From Longimicrobiales bacterium (lineage in GTDB: Bacteria > Gemmatimonadota > Gemmatimonadetes > Longimicrobiales > Gaopeijiaceae): a stretch of 64,000 bases of DNA. The notes under the pieces were generated by a model. That model was not told the origin of the DNA and made no database searches. It saw nothing but the letters and a program-made list of their open reading frames with translations. The stretch covers positions 992,001 to 1,056,000 of the forward strand of contig CBDFIQ010000001.1 in assembly GCA_965248195.1 (NCBI GenBank), in the 5' to 3' direction. Positions 28,552 through 38,786 of the stretch are shown piece by piece. A program made the translations under genes and the position numbers. Each line of letters starts with the position of its first letter. Positions within the stretch are counted from its first letter, which is position 1.

Positions 28552-30159
28552 CTACCGGCGGTCCTTCCGGTCGATGGGTGGGACAGGCATGTCGAGGCTG
28601 AGGGCCGGCCTTCGGGTATGCCATTCCGTGGCCTTCTCATAGGCGTTCGCGAGGGCTAACACTCTACCTTCCGAGAAGCGCGGCCCGGCGATCATGAGCC
28701 CGATGGGGAGGCCGTCTGCCGAGAAGCCGCATGGGATCGAGGCCGCGGGAATGCCGAAGCTATTGAAGGGTGAGCAGTTCGACGTGGCCCTCGGCTCGGT
28801 CGGCTCCCCCCCGTTCTCTTCCCGATCGAGCGCTTCGTTGATGGTGGGCTGCATCACGCGCCATGTGGGAAGCACGACGAGGTCGTGGTCTACGAAGGCG
28901 TCGTCAATGGTTTTCCGCATTCGCTGCAGCTCCCACTGGGCGTTGATGTAGTCCACCACCCTCGTCGAGCACTGCGTCGTCTCGACGTCGTTGAGCCTCC
29001 TGTGGACGGCCGCGATCGTCCGCCTCTGGTTGAGCGAATAGCGGCCGGCGCTCCGCTGGTACCACTCCCAGTGGAACGCCTCGATCTCCCCAGAGAGGTA
29101 CGATCTCGAGTACTTCCCCTGGGGCGGTAGGCGCGTGTCGCTGACGCTCCGGGTCAGCTCCGTCAGGACGCCGATGGCCTCCTCCATGGCGCTCGCGATC
29201 TCGGCGTCGAGGAAGTCGAAGAAAGGCTCTCTCAGGATTCCCAAGCGGAGCCCACTCACGGACTGACTCAGGGCCGCGCGGTAGTCTTCGAGAGGATGCT
29301 CGACGCTGGCCACGTCGTGCTTGTCGTATCCCACCATGCCGGACAGGAGCAAGGCACCGTCTTCGGCCGTCTTCGTCATCGGACCGCAGTGGTCCAGTGA
29401 GTATGTGCGCGGGATGATCCCCCCGATGGACACCAGGCCATACGTGGGCTTGAGGCCGACGATGCCGCAGTAGGCGGCGGGCATGCGGACCGAGCCACCG
29501 GTGTCGGTGCCCAGCGCTCCGAGGGTCATGTCTGCGATCACTGCGGCGGCCGAGCCCCCGGAAGAGCCGCCCGAGATGCGGTCGAGCGCCCAAGGGTTGC
29601 GGACGGGAAGGAAGTACGTCGAGACGTTGGTCCCGCCCATCGCGAACTCCTGAAGGCCGGCCTTAGCCATGATGACGGCACCGGACTCCTTCAGGCGTTT
29701 GACCACGAAGGCGTCCTCTTCGGGGACGTTCTCCTCGAACACGAGGCTGCCGCCCGTCGTGCGCGTTCCCGCCGTGTCGATGTTGTCCTTGAGCCCGACG
29801 GGGATGCCGTGCAGAGGTCCGCGGAAGTTCCCCGCGCTCGCCTCGGCGTCGAGCTGCCGGGCCTGCGCGAGAGCTTCCTCGTGCATGATCGTGATGAAAG
29901 CATTGACTGTGGGGTTGTACGCCTCGCCCCGGGCCAGGCAGGCCTGCGTGAGCTCCGTGCAGCTGATCTCTCTCCCCCGGATCATGCGCGATGCCTGAGC
30001 AATCGTCAGGCTCGCCAGCTCATCGGACTGGGTTGCGGTGGGAGTCGCGGCTTCGGCGTGCGAGTATCCGGGCAGGGCGGGGAGGGCGGCGGCGCCCGCG
30101 GCGGCGCTAGCGGTCACCCGGACGAAGTCGCGGCGGTTCCAGCCGTCTTGCAGCTTCAT
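28552..30159 (-). CDS. Tat-exported amidase (amidase-signature family)
   Basis: NRRDFV Tat motif; GLKDNIDT, GGSSGGS, GTDTGGSVRMP. Confidence 0.9.
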   Translation of the reverse strand: MKLQDGWNRRDFVRVTASAAAGAAALPALPGYSHAEAATPTATQSDELASLTIAQASRMIRGREISCTELTQACLARGEAYNPTVNAFITIMHEEALAQARQLDAEASAGNFRGPLHGIPVGLKDNIDTAGTRTTGGSLVFEENVPEEDAFVVKRLKESGAVIMAKAGLQEFAMGGTNVSTYFLPVRNPWALDRISGGSSGGSAAAVIADMTLGALGTDTGGSVRMPAAYCGIVGLKPTYGLVSIGGIIPRTYSLDHCGPMTKTAEDGALLLSGMVGYDKHDVASVEHPLEDYRAALSQSVSGLRLGILREPFFDFLDAEIASAMEEAIGVLTELTRSVSDTRLPPQGKYSRSYLSGEIEAFHWEWYQRSAGRYSLNQRRTIAAVHRRLNDVETTQCSTRVVDYINAQWELQRMRKTIDDAFVDHDLVVLPTWRVMQPTINEALDREENGGEPTEPRATSNCSPFNSFGIPAASIPCGFSADGLPIGLMIAGPRFSEGRVLALANAYEKATEWHTRRPALSLDMPVPPIDRKDRR

Positions 30160-30535
30160 AGGAAAGTTCCCCTTGGCGTTAGGTTGATCGTTTCCTGCCA
30201 CCCTACTGTCAGCTCCTGGAGGGCTGTTCGATCCAGCCGCTACGTCGTGTGCTGAGTAACGGCATCTGACGATGCGACAGCCGTTACTGCCGCCAACTAT
30301 AGTTTCCGATATCGCCGGTTGCAAACCGCCGAGCTGCAAGGAGAGGGCTGGGGGTCGTCGAGCATCCCCGGCCGTGAGCGAACCCTGTGCAGGAGCTAGG
30401 GTGACGGTACCACGGACTACATCGGTATGGGGAATCCCTTGGCCGGGAAGGAGTCCGTTCCAGCGACCCAGAAGTCAGGGCCTGGTTTTGACCTCGGAAG
30501 AGGTCGGCAGGATCGAGGGCAGACGGGCGGCCCCG

Positions 30536-30844
30536 TCAGCCTACCTGACCGCCACAGATCTCGTAGTCATTGCCGCACGCAGCCTGTGCGCCCGTGAAGA
30601 ATTGGTAACAGCGTCTCGTGTTCTGACAGTGATGTGGCGCCTCCGGAGGGCAACATTTTCCGTGCCGGACACAGCACCCCCACGTTGGATCGTCACAGCC
30701 GCAGCTGTCGCCGGAACCGGAACTGTCGGTCGGGGAAATGCAGCCCTCTCCCAAGACAAACGCCGCGAAAAGCGCGCCCAGCGCCGACCGGCGTGACATG
30801 GTGCTCGCGAGTTTTCGCGAGAGACCATCGAAGAGCTCATCCAT
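30536..30844 (-). CDS. Small Cys-rich Tat-signal protein (11 Cys)
   Basis: FDGLSRKLASTMSRRSAL leader; CGC, CC, CC and further Cys. Confidence 0.7.
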   Translation of the reverse strand: MDELFDGLSRKLASTMSRRSALGALFAAFVLGEGCISPTDSSGSGDSCGCDDPTWGCCVRHGKCCPPEAPHHCQNTRRCYQFFTGAQAACGNDYEICGGQVG

Positions 30845-30907
30845 CGGAGTCACCTTGCAGGAATTATTGACCTCTTCTGCAATTTACCACCCCGGGGCGG
30901 GGTCTCC

Positions 30908-31954
30908 TCAGGTTATTTTCCGCGGCGTACCCGTCTCGACGGCGGCAGCTACCAGCTTCTCGATGTCTTCCTTCCCGGTAGCGACACGGCTCGCGATCGT
31001 GCCGGCGGGATCGACTAGTACTACTGCCGGGGTGACGAAGACACCGTAGGCGTCGGCCACCCCGTCGTCCTCGTCAGAGAGTACGTCGCTCACGCCTGAG
31101 ACCAACTCTCGGGCCCGCGCGGCCTGCTCCCACCCACTGCCGAGCACGGCGATCCGCAGCGTCTCACGTTGTTCCCGCTGCCACTTCTCGACGTCGGGTG
31201 CCAGTGCCATACAAGGCTTGCACTTCGGGTCCAGGAAGATCAGCAGGATTTTTCTCCCATCGCCGCACAGGTCGTCGAGGGCGACGGATCCGCCCGCCAG
31301 GGAAGGCAGATGGAAGCCGGGGGCGACCTCCCCGACCGGGAGGTCGCGCGCCTCCGTGCGCGGGTTGAAGAGCTCAGGCACCGACCCACCCCGTCCTTCC
31401 AGGGCATCCAACCGAAGCAGAAGCCGGCCCTGCTGCCGGATCAAGTGGAGAATGAGCCACCCCTCGACCGCCACGGCGGCGAGCAACCCGATCACCACGG
31501 AGGGCCCCACCACCTCCGAGCGTGCGGACTGGGCGATGAGCGCGACGATGCTCGGCCCAGGGCCCGCCCAGACGACGAACCCAGCCAGCGCCAGCAGCAC
31601 GCCGTTCCGCAGGAGCGTCGACCACCCGATCGGACGCGTGTCGGTCGAGCCGAAGCATCGGCAGGGTGGCCTCCGCCCCAGCAGGAGATTCACCACGATG
31701 ACCGCGGTGAACACGAGTAGCAGGGTCAATGCAGCCAAGGCGCCCCACGACGCCGAGCGGACGGGGAGAAGGACCACGGCCACCGCCAGCTCGGTGAGTG
31801 GAAGCAACGCCGCGACGGTCGCGGCGAGCCGTTCCGGGACGCCGAGTTCCGTAGCCGCGTGCCGTGTACCCTTTGGGTCGAGCAGCTTCGCGCCAGCCGC
31901 CACGACGAAGACCGCGCTCAGCAGCAGTCTGGCGAACACCAGTAATGAATCCAT
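30908..31954 (-). CDS. MauE/DoxX membrane domain fused to a MauD/TlpA-like thioredoxin
   Basis: ARLLLSAVFVVAAGAKL, CRCFG, TLLRN; APGFHLP, DPKCKPC, TPAVVLVD. Confidence 0.85.
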   Translation of the reverse strand: MDSLLVFARLLLSAVFVVAAGAKLLDPKGTRHAATELGVPERLAATVAALLPLTELAVAVVLLPVRSASWGALAALTLLLVFTAVIVVNLLLGRRPPCRCFGSTDTRPIGWSTLLRNGVLLALAGFVVWAGPGPSIVALIAQSARSEVVGPSVVIGLLAAVAVEGWLILHLIRQQGRLLLRLDALEGRGGSVPELFNPRTEARDLPVGEVAPGFHLPSLAGGSVALDDLCGDGRKILLIFLDPKCKPCMALAPDVEKWQREQRETLRIAVLGSGWEQAARARELVSGVSDVLSDEDDGVADAYGVFVTPAVVLVDPAGTIASRVATGKEDIEKLVAAAVETGTPRKIT

Positions 31955-32036
31955 CCGACTCTCCTATGGACGACCGGCTTCCCGCCATATCCGCGAAAAC
32001 ATAATTGGTATTGCGCCGGTCTCGAAAACCGGCGTC

Positions 32037-33158
32037 CTACGCCACTTCTCGTCTAAACCGAAGAGTCGCTAGGGTCAGGAGGGCGAGCCCCAGGAGCAGG
32101 AGCGCAACGAACTGAGGCCAAAGCACATCGAGACCCGTCCCCTTGAGGAAGATGGCCCGCACGATCTCGATGTAGTGCCGGATCGGGTTCAAGATCGTGA
32201 TGTCCTGGAAGATCTCGGGCATGCTGGACACCGGGAACATGAATCCGGACAGGAGCAGGGCGGGCATGAACACGAGGAATGTGCTCATGAACGCCTCTTG
32301 CTGCGTCTTCGAGACGGTGGAGATGAGCAGACCCATGCCCAGGCCAGCCATGACATATAGGAGGCTGGCCATGAACAGGAGGAGGAGGCTGCCCCGGAGC
32401 GGCACATCGAACCAGAAGACCGCCACCGTCGTCACGAGCACCAAATCGCCCATTGCGATGATCCCGAACGGTACCGTCTTCCCGACGATGAGCTCCCCCG
32501 CGGTGAGTGGGCTGACCTTGAGCTGCTCCAGCGTTCCGATCTCACGCTCTCGAACGATGGCGAGTGAGGTGAGCAGCAGACAGACGAGCATGATGAGGGT
32601 CCCGACCACCCCGGGAACGTTGTAATTGCGGCTGGCCAGCTCGGGGTTGTACCAGGCCCTTTCGCGTAGATCCACGGGAAGCGGCACGCCTGTCAGAACC
32701 TGCTCGGCGGCACGCCCCTCGATGATGCGAGTGACGTAGCCCTGCGCCACCGCGGCCGTGTTGGAGTTGGTGCCGTCGAGGAGCACCTGGACCTGCGCCC
32801 CACCGCCACCCAGCCAGGCTTCCGCGTATCCCCGCGGGATCTCGATTCCCAGGACGGCATCCCCTCGGTCCAAGGCATCGACGAGGTCGGAGGGTGACCG
32901 CGAACGACCCGTTACTTCGAAGTATCCGGAGGCCGTCATTGCCGACACCAAGTCCCGTGACTCGCGCGTGTTGTCGTGATCGACCACGAACATCGACGCG
33001 TCGTCGAGATCGGTGGAAACGGCGTATCCGAACGCCATGAGCTGAATGATGGGAGCCACGAAGATCACCTGGGCTATCCGTGGGTCCCGGAAGATCTGCC
33101 GGAACTCCTTGGCAAGGACGCCGAAGATCCGCTCGAATCCGCTTGTCACCCCGCTCAC
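32037..33158 (-). CDS. ABC-2 transporter permease (YbhR-like)
   Basis: KEFRQIFRD, VREREIGTLEQL, LSGFMFP. Confidence 0.92.
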   Translation of the reverse strand: MSGVTSGFERIFGVLAKEFRQIFRDPRIAQVIFVAPIIQLMAFGYAVSTDLDDASMFVVDHDNTRESRDLVSAMTASGYFEVTGRSRSPSDLVDALDRGDAVLGIEIPRGYAEAWLGGGGAQVQVLLDGTNSNTAAVAQGYVTRIIEGRAAEQVLTGVPLPVDLRERAWYNPELASRNYNVPGVVGTLIMLVCLLLTSLAIVREREIGTLEQLKVSPLTAGELIVGKTVPFGIIAMGDLVLVTTVAVFWFDVPLRGSLLLLFMASLLYVMAGLGMGLLISTVSKTQQEAFMSTFLVFMPALLLSGFMFPVSSMPEIFQDITILNPIRHYIEIVRAIFLKGTGLDVLWPQFVALLLLGLALLTLATLRFRREVA

Positions 33159-34279
33159 TGGATCTCCTTCCTGAACGCCCGGGTGGCACCGTAGAGGCCT
33201 AGAACGGCGAAGGCGATCATGAGTAGGCCCTCGGTGGCCAACACCTCAACGCCCACTCCCTTCAGGAACACACCTCGGGTGACCACGAGGAAGTAGCGGG
33301 CGGGAATCAGGTAGGTGATGGCCTGTAGGGCCGGAGGCATGACTTCGATGGCGAACATGAACCCGGAAAGCAGAAACGCCGGGAGAAACGTGAGGATCAT
33401 CGCCAGCTGGGTGGCCAAGAGCTGTGAGCGTGCCACCGCCGAGATGAACATCCCCAACCCAAGGGCCCCCACGATGAAGGCGAGCGAAAGGATCATCAGG
33501 AGGCTGGGGCTGCCCCGGAACGGAACGTCGAAGAGAAGAACACCGACGAGGCTCACCAGGACCACGTCGATGACTCCGATGGCCACATAGGGCAGGAGCT
33601 TTCCAAGGACCACCTCGACCCGATGGACCGGGGTGGACACGAGCTGCTCCATGGTACCCCGCTCCCACTCCCGGGCGATGGTCAGCGACGTGAGCATGGC
33701 GGCGATGATCATCATGATGACCGCCACGAGCCCCGGGACGATCATGTTCCTGCTCAGGAGCTCCTCGTTGTACCACACCCGGGTCTCTGCGCGGACCATC
33801 GGGGGCCGCTCGGCTCCCGCCAGCAGGATATCGCTGGAGAACGAACGGACGATGCCCTGGGCGTATCCCAACGCGATGGTCGCCGAATTGGCGTCGCTGC
33901 CGTCGACGAGGATCTGGAGCGCGGCGGACCGCCCTCCATCGAGATCCCGGGCGAAGTCGGGCGGCAGCACGATGACCACGAGGGCCTCGCCCCGGTCCAG
34001 GACGTCCTCCACCTGCCCCTGCCGGGCCAGCCGGCGCACCACCGTGAAGTAGCCCGATGCCTCGAAGGCGTCGATCAGCTCTCGACTACGACTGGATCCG
34101 TCCAGGTCCAGGACGGCGGTACGGATGTCCTCGACGTCCCACGTGATAGCGTACCCGAACAAGACGACGAGAAGGGTCGGTAGAAGGAACGCGAGCAAGA
34201 GGCTCCTGGAGTCACGACGCAAGTGGAGAACTTCTTTGCGTGCCATGGCCAAGAGCCGGGTCCAGCTGAGCGTGCTCAC
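33155..34279 (-). CDS. ABC-2 transporter permease (YbhS-like)
   Basis: KEVLHLRRD, AREWERGTMEQL. Confidence 0.92.
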   Translation of the reverse strand: MSTLSWTRLLAMARKEVLHLRRDSRSLLLAFLLPTLLVVLFGYAITWDVEDIRTAVLDLDGSSRSRELIDAFEASGYFTVVRRLARQGQVEDVLDRGEALVVIVLPPDFARDLDGGRSAALQILVDGSDANSATIALGYAQGIVRSFSSDILLAGAERPPMVRAETRVWYNEELLSRNMIVPGLVAVIMMIIAAMLTSLTIAREWERGTMEQLVSTPVHRVEVVLGKLLPYVAIGVIDVVLVSLVGVLLFDVPFRGSPSLLMILSLAFIVGALGLGMFISAVARSQLLATQLAMILTFLPAFLLSGFMFAIEVMPPALQAITYLIPARYFLVVTRGVFLKGVGVEVLATEGLLMIAFAVLGLYGATRAFRKEIQ

Positions 34280-35295
34280 CCGCTCCTGGCTCCGCCCTCG
34301 TCACGGACGAGAGCCACGAACACGTCCTCGAGAGAGGGTTTGATCGGCTTCACGGACGTCACCTCGATGTCCGCCCGGGCCAGATGGGATCGGATGCGGT
34401 CGTCGGCGCCCTCTACCGAGTCCGTGGTCACGTGGAGGGAGCGACCGTACATCGCGGCATCGACGATCCCCGAGGTATCGTCCAACGCCTGCACGGCCCG
34501 GGACGGATGCTCCGCCCGGACCTCGAAGAGGGGCAGTTTCATGTCGGCCCGGAGGCCTGCCGCCGTGTTCAGAGCGATGAGGCGTCCCCGATTCATCAGG
34601 GCGAGCCGGTGACAGTACTCGGCCTCCTCCATGTAGTGAGTCGTGACGAAGACCGTGGTCCCGCCGTCCCCCAGCTCATGGATCAGGTCCCAGAACGCTC
34701 TACGCGCGATCGGGTCCACCCCGGACGTGGGCTCGTCCAAGAAGAGGATCGGTGGCTCATGCAGGACGGCACAGCCCAGGGCGAGCCTCTGCTTCCAGCC
34801 CAGGGGCAGCTCGCCCGTCAGACGGCCCCGGTGTTCGGTGAGCCCCGCCATCTCCACTACCCAGTCCGCTCGCTCTCGCCGGCGGCTCCCGGGAACCCCG
34901 TATAGGCGTGCGAAGAAGCGGATGTTCTCGTCGACGGTCAGATCGGCGTAGAGGGAGAACGCCTGAGACATGTAGCCGATGCGGCGCTTGATAGCACGCC
35001 GCTCCGTCGCCACGTCGAGGCCCGCCACGCGGCCCCCGCCCGAGGTTGGAGGAAGGAGCCCGGCGAGCATCTTGATGGTGGTGGTCTTGCCGGCTCCGTT
35101 GGGTCCCAGGAAGCCGAAGATCTCCCCCGAACGCACCTGAAACGTGACCCCATCGACTGCGACGAAGTCCCCGAAGTGACGCGTAAGGTCGCGGGCCGTG
35201 ACGGCGTGCTCGAGGTCCTGGGCTGGGTCCGGCGGCTGGTCCGGCGCCGGGTCCGCTGGCTCGCCCGTCGGGCGGGACGCCTCAGTCGGTGTCAT
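34276..35295 (-). CDS. ABC transporter ATP-binding protein
   Basis: GPNGAGKTT, LPLGWKQR, FLDEPTSGVD. Confidence 0.92.
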   Translation of the reverse strand: MTPTEASRPTGEPADPAPDQPPDPAQDLEHAVTARDLTRHFGDFVAVDGVTFQVRSGEIFGFLGPNGAGKTTTIKMLAGLLPPTSGGGRVAGLDVATERRAIKRRIGYMSQAFSLYADLTVDENIRFFARLYGVPGSRRRERADWVVEMAGLTEHRGRLTGELPLGWKQRLALGCAVLHEPPILFLDEPTSGVDPIARRAFWDLIHELGDGGTTVFVTTHYMEEAEYCHRLALMNRGRLIALNTAAGLRADMKLPLFEVRAEHPSRAVQALDDTSGIVDAAMYGRSLHVTTDSVEGADDRIRSHLARADIEVTSVKPIKPSLEDVFVALVRDEGGARSG

Positions 35296-36361
35296 GGCCT
35301 CCGTCTCCGCTCCCGTCGCCGCCCCCACTCCCGTCTCCGTCTCCGCTCCCGTCTCCGCCCTCGCTCCCGTCTCCGTCTCCTTTCCCGTCTCCGCCCCCGA
35401 CTTGGTCTATGAACACATCCTCCAGTGACGGATCTTCGACGGCCTCCACGTGCACGTCTGAAAATCCCTCCGACTCGAGAGCGGTTTGGACCAAGCCCGG
35501 GCCGCCCGTCGCGTCCTGCAGCACTACATGTAGCCGATCACCGAACACGGATGCGCTGGCGACGAGCGGGGTTTCTTTCAGGATGTCCCGAGCCGCCCTC
35601 GACCGATCCCCGACCCGTACCGAGAGCAGCCGGCCAGCCAGCCCCCTCCGAAGCGCGTCGGGAGTATCGACCGAGAGGCTTCTGCCCGCTTGAAGAAAAG
35701 CCAGCCGATCGAACCGCTCGGCTTCGTCCATGTAGGCCGTGCTCACCACCACGGTCACACCCTCGTCCACCATCTCGTGGATGATCAGCCAGAGATCCCG
35801 GCGCGATATCGGGTCCACTCCGAAGGTCGGCTCGTCCAGGAGCAAGAGGTCCGGCCGATGGATCAAAGCGCACGAAAGCCCGAGCTTCTGCTTCATTCCG
35901 CCGGAGAGCGCCTCCGCCCGGCGGTCCTTGTAGGGTCCGAGGCCGCTGAACTCGTAGAGTCGTGCGAGCCTTTCGGGGCGTTGGTCCCGGGGCACACCGA
36001 AGAGGTCGGCGTAGAAATCGAGGTTCTCGCTGACCGTGAGGTCGTGGTAGAGGCCGAAGCGTTGAGACATGTAGGCGATCCGCGCCTTTACCGCCTCGGG
36101 GTCCTCGCCGACATCGGTGCCGAACACCCAGGCGTGCCCGCTCGAGGGAGGGAGGACGCCGGCGAGCATTCTCAGCGTCGTCGTCTTGCCGGCTCCGTCC
36201 GGGCCCACGAGACCGAAGAGCTCACCCGTCGCGACCTCCAGGGACAAGCCGTCCACGGCCACCAGTGGACCGAACGCCCGGGTCAGGCCCTCGGTCCGGA
36301 CTGCGCTGGCCGACCCCTCCCCGGTCAGTGCCTCCGCCGTTGGCTTCAGTCGGACGCTCAC
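35282..36361 (-). CDS. ABC transporter ATP-binding protein
   Basis: GPDGAGKTT, LSGGMKQK, LLDEPTFGVD; Gly/Asp-rich tail. Confidence 0.92.
   Translation of the reverse strand: MSVRLKPTAEALTGEGSASAVRTEGLTRAFGPLVAVDGLSLEVATGELFGLVGPDGAGKTTTLRMLAGVLPPSSGHAWVFGTDVGEDPEAVKARIAYMSQRFGLYHDLTVSENLDFYADLFGVPRDQRPERLARLYEFSGLGPYKDRRAEALSGGMKQKLGLSCALIHRPDLLLLDEPTFGVDPISRRDLWLIIHEMVDEGVTVVVSTAYMDEAERFDRLAFLQAGRSLSVDTPDALRRGLAGRLLSVRVGDRSRAARDILKETPLVASASVFGDRLHVVLQDATGGPGLVQTALESEGFSDVHVEAVEDPSLEDVFIDQVGGGDGKGDGDGSEGGDGSGDGDGSGGGDGSGDGGHDTD
35299..35398. repeat. Degenerate CCGTCT/CCGCTC hexamer repeat encoding a GDGS tail
   Basis: Repeated ccgtctccg/ctcccgtc units. Confidence 0.7.
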
Positions 36362-37368
36362 CGGGCCACGCCACCCGTATCCAAGCGCACGTCAGCGGGC
36401 ATGCCCGGTTTGAGCTCGAAGGCCGGATCGCCCACGACCTGGACCTTTACCGCGTAGACGAGCTTCACGCGCTCCTCGGGCGTCTGGACGTTCTTGGGCG
36501 TGAACTCAGCCTCCGAAGCGATGAAGGTTACGCGCCCCTCATAGGTGCGGTCGGGATAGCTGTCCGAGGTGATGGTGGCGCGTTGTCCCAGCGCGACCCT
36601 ACCGATGCGGTCTTCCTGTACATAGATCCGCACCCAACGGTCATCCGGGTTCATCAGCGTTAGAACGGGAGCACCCGGTGGGGCTGTCTCACCCGGCTCC
36701 CGGTGCCTGACGGTCACCACCCCGTCGAACGGGGCCGTGATCATCGCGAAGGACAGGGTGGCGTCGAGGACCTGGATCCCGGCTTCGGCCGCAGCCACTT
36801 GAGCGGCCTGGGCCGTCACCCTCTCCGGGCGGGGTCCCGCCTCCAGAAGCCCCAGCGCCTCGCGCCGCTCGTCGGCCTGGATGCGAGAGAGGCGCAGGGC
36901 GAGCTCGCTCTTCTCCAGGGCCTCCCTGCTCACGGCCCCGCCGTCATGCAGAAGTGCGGTTCGCTCCAGGTCACGCTCGGCATCGTCCACCTGCTCCTGG
37001 GCGGCCCGGAGGCCGGCACGCCCCTGAGCGATCTCCTCGGCCCGGAACCCGCTCTGAAGCTCCGCCAATCCAGCCCGCGCCGCGGCAAGCTGAGCCACCA
37101 GCTGAGCACGGCGTGCATTGAGCTCGGACCGGTCGAGGCTCGCCAACTCCTGGCCGGTGGTGACGCGGTCACCCTCGCGAGCGCCGATCGCTTGGATCCG
37201 GCCGGCCGCCTGGAAAGCGAGCTGACCCTCGGTCGCCTCCACCGTACCGAAAGCCGTGAGCCCGTCCTCGGCCTCGCCGTCCCGCAGGAATCCGAACCAC
37301 ACGATGGCACCGGCGACTGCCAACACGACCGCCGCCAGAACAGGTTTAGGGGGTCGACGTCCGCTCAT
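36358..37368 (-). CDS. HlyD-family membrane fusion protein (YbhG-like)
   Basis: GTVEA, coiled coil, ITAPFDG, EAEFTPKNVQT, LKPGMPAD. Confidence 0.92.
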   Translation of the reverse strand: MSGRRPPKPVLAAVVLAVAGAIVWFGFLRDGEAEDGLTAFGTVEATEGQLAFQAAGRIQAIGAREGDRVTTGQELASLDRSELNARRAQLVAQLAAARAGLAELQSGFRAEEIAQGRAGLRAAQEQVDDAERDLERTALLHDGGAVSREALEKSELALRLSRIQADERREALGLLEAGPRPERVTAQAAQVAAAEAGIQVLDATLSFAMITAPFDGVVTVRHREPGETAPPGAPVLTLMNPDDRWVRIYVQEDRIGRVALGQRATITSDSYPDRTYEGRVTFIASEAEFTPKNVQTPEERVKLVYAVKVQVVGDPAFELKPGMPADVRLDTGGVAR

Positions 37369-38786
37369 GATGCACCTCCCAGATTTTCTTCGAGCCAGCC
37401 CTCGTCGAGCTCGCCCACTGCCTTGGCGAGCTGGATCCGCGCCAGCACGGCCCCGTGCTCCACCTCACTGAGCGTGGCTCGCAGGGAGAGAAGGGTAGCC
37501 TCGGCCTGTAAGTAGTCCGCCTGCACGCCGGTGCCGGTCTCGAGACGCAGCCGTTCGATGCGGGCCACTTCCTCGGAGCGGTCCACGGCCAGGCGAAGGC
37601 TCACCGCACGGGCTTCGGTCTCCTCTAGAGTCGCCAGCGCCCTGTCGACTGATGCTGCCGCTCCGAGCTCGGCGAGACGTACGTTCTCGCGTTGTGCCTC
37701 TCGGAGTGCCTCGGCGCGGGAAACGGTGTGTCCCAGGCGCCCACCGGTGAAAAGGGGCATCGAGATGCCAAGGCCCACGTTCCATTCGGCGGTGAAGTGT
37801 CCGTGGAAGCTACCCTGGTCCACGTAGGCCGCCTGAAGATCCACGCTGGGCCGGCGGGCGCCCCGAGCGACGCCCACCGCGGCCTCGGCGGAGGTAAGAT
37901 CGTCCCTGGCCCGCTGGACGCCCGGATTGCTGGCCAGCGACTCCGAGAACAGGCGCGTCCGATCGGCGGCGCTTCCTGCCTGGAGGGTGATCTCCCGCAA
38001 GGCACGCTCGCGAAGGGAGCCGTCGGACAGGCCCATGAGTCGACCCAGGTCTCCCTCGGCCACGCGGCGCAGGGTGACCGTCCGGACCCGGTTCGCACCT
38101 GCGTCGGCCAGGGCCGCCTCGGCCCGAAGGACCTCCAGACGCGGAGCGCGCCCGACGGCCAGAAGAACCTGGACCCGCTCGAGCTCCGACTGCAGGGCGG
38201 CAATGCGCTGGTCATGGGCGTCCAGCTGTTCCCGAGCCAAGAGGACGGCGAGATAACTTGCGGCGACCTGACCGATGAGCTCCTGCCTGGCCGATCGAAG
38301 ATCGGACCGGGCGCCCCTCGCCTGTGACTCCGACTGGGAGATACGGGCTCCCCTGGCACCGCCGTCGTAGACCGTGTAGCCGACCATGGCTCCGGCCTGA
38401 AAGAGTGTCTCGTCGAAGGGAGGGACGAGGGAAGGCTCGAAACCATGAATGGGCGTGACGACCATGGGCTCTTCGAACTGCGTGGCGGCGCCGCGCAGGC
38501 TCAGAGACGGGAAGCGCTCCCCCACGCTCACTCTACGGGCCTCCTCGGCGGCTCGCTGGCGAGCGACTCCGCCCAGCAGGAAGGGGTGGGTGTCCAACGT
38601 CATCACCACGGCCTGGGAGAGAGTCAGTGTGGCACCGGAGGACGGAGGGTCCTCGGCCTGGGCGGCTACGCTCCGTGCCTGCCCGCCCATCCACGACACC
38701 GTGAGGCCCGCCAGGGCCGCCAGAACCCTCCGGAACCCGAGGGAGTCGGCCCCCGCCACGCGCCACGTCCGAGTACCCGAATTCAT
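37365..38786 (-). CDS. TolC-family outer-membrane efflux protein
   Basis: Duplicated OEP pattern (YDGG / PLFTGG); operon context. Confidence 0.9.
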   Translation of the reverse strand: MNSGTRTWRVAGADSLGFRRVLAALAGLTVSWMGGQARSVAAQAEDPPSSGATLTLSQAVVMTLDTHPFLLGGVARQRAAEEARRVSVGERFPSLSLRGAATQFEEPMVVTPIHGFEPSLVPPFDETLFQAGAMVGYTVYDGGARGARISQSESQARGARSDLRSARQELIGQVAASYLAVLLAREQLDAHDQRIAALQSELERVQVLLAVGRAPRLEVLRAEAALADAGANRVRTVTLRRVAEGDLGRLMGLSDGSLRERALREITLQAGSAADRTRLFSESLASNPGVQRARDDLTSAEAAVGVARGARRPSVDLQAAYVDQGSFHGHFTAEWNVGLGISMPLFTGGRLGHTVSRAEALREAQRENVRLAELGAAASVDRALATLEETEARAVSLRLAVDRSEEVARIERLRLETGTGVQADYLQAEATLLSLRATLSEVEHGAVLARIQLAKAVGELDEGWLEENLGGAS

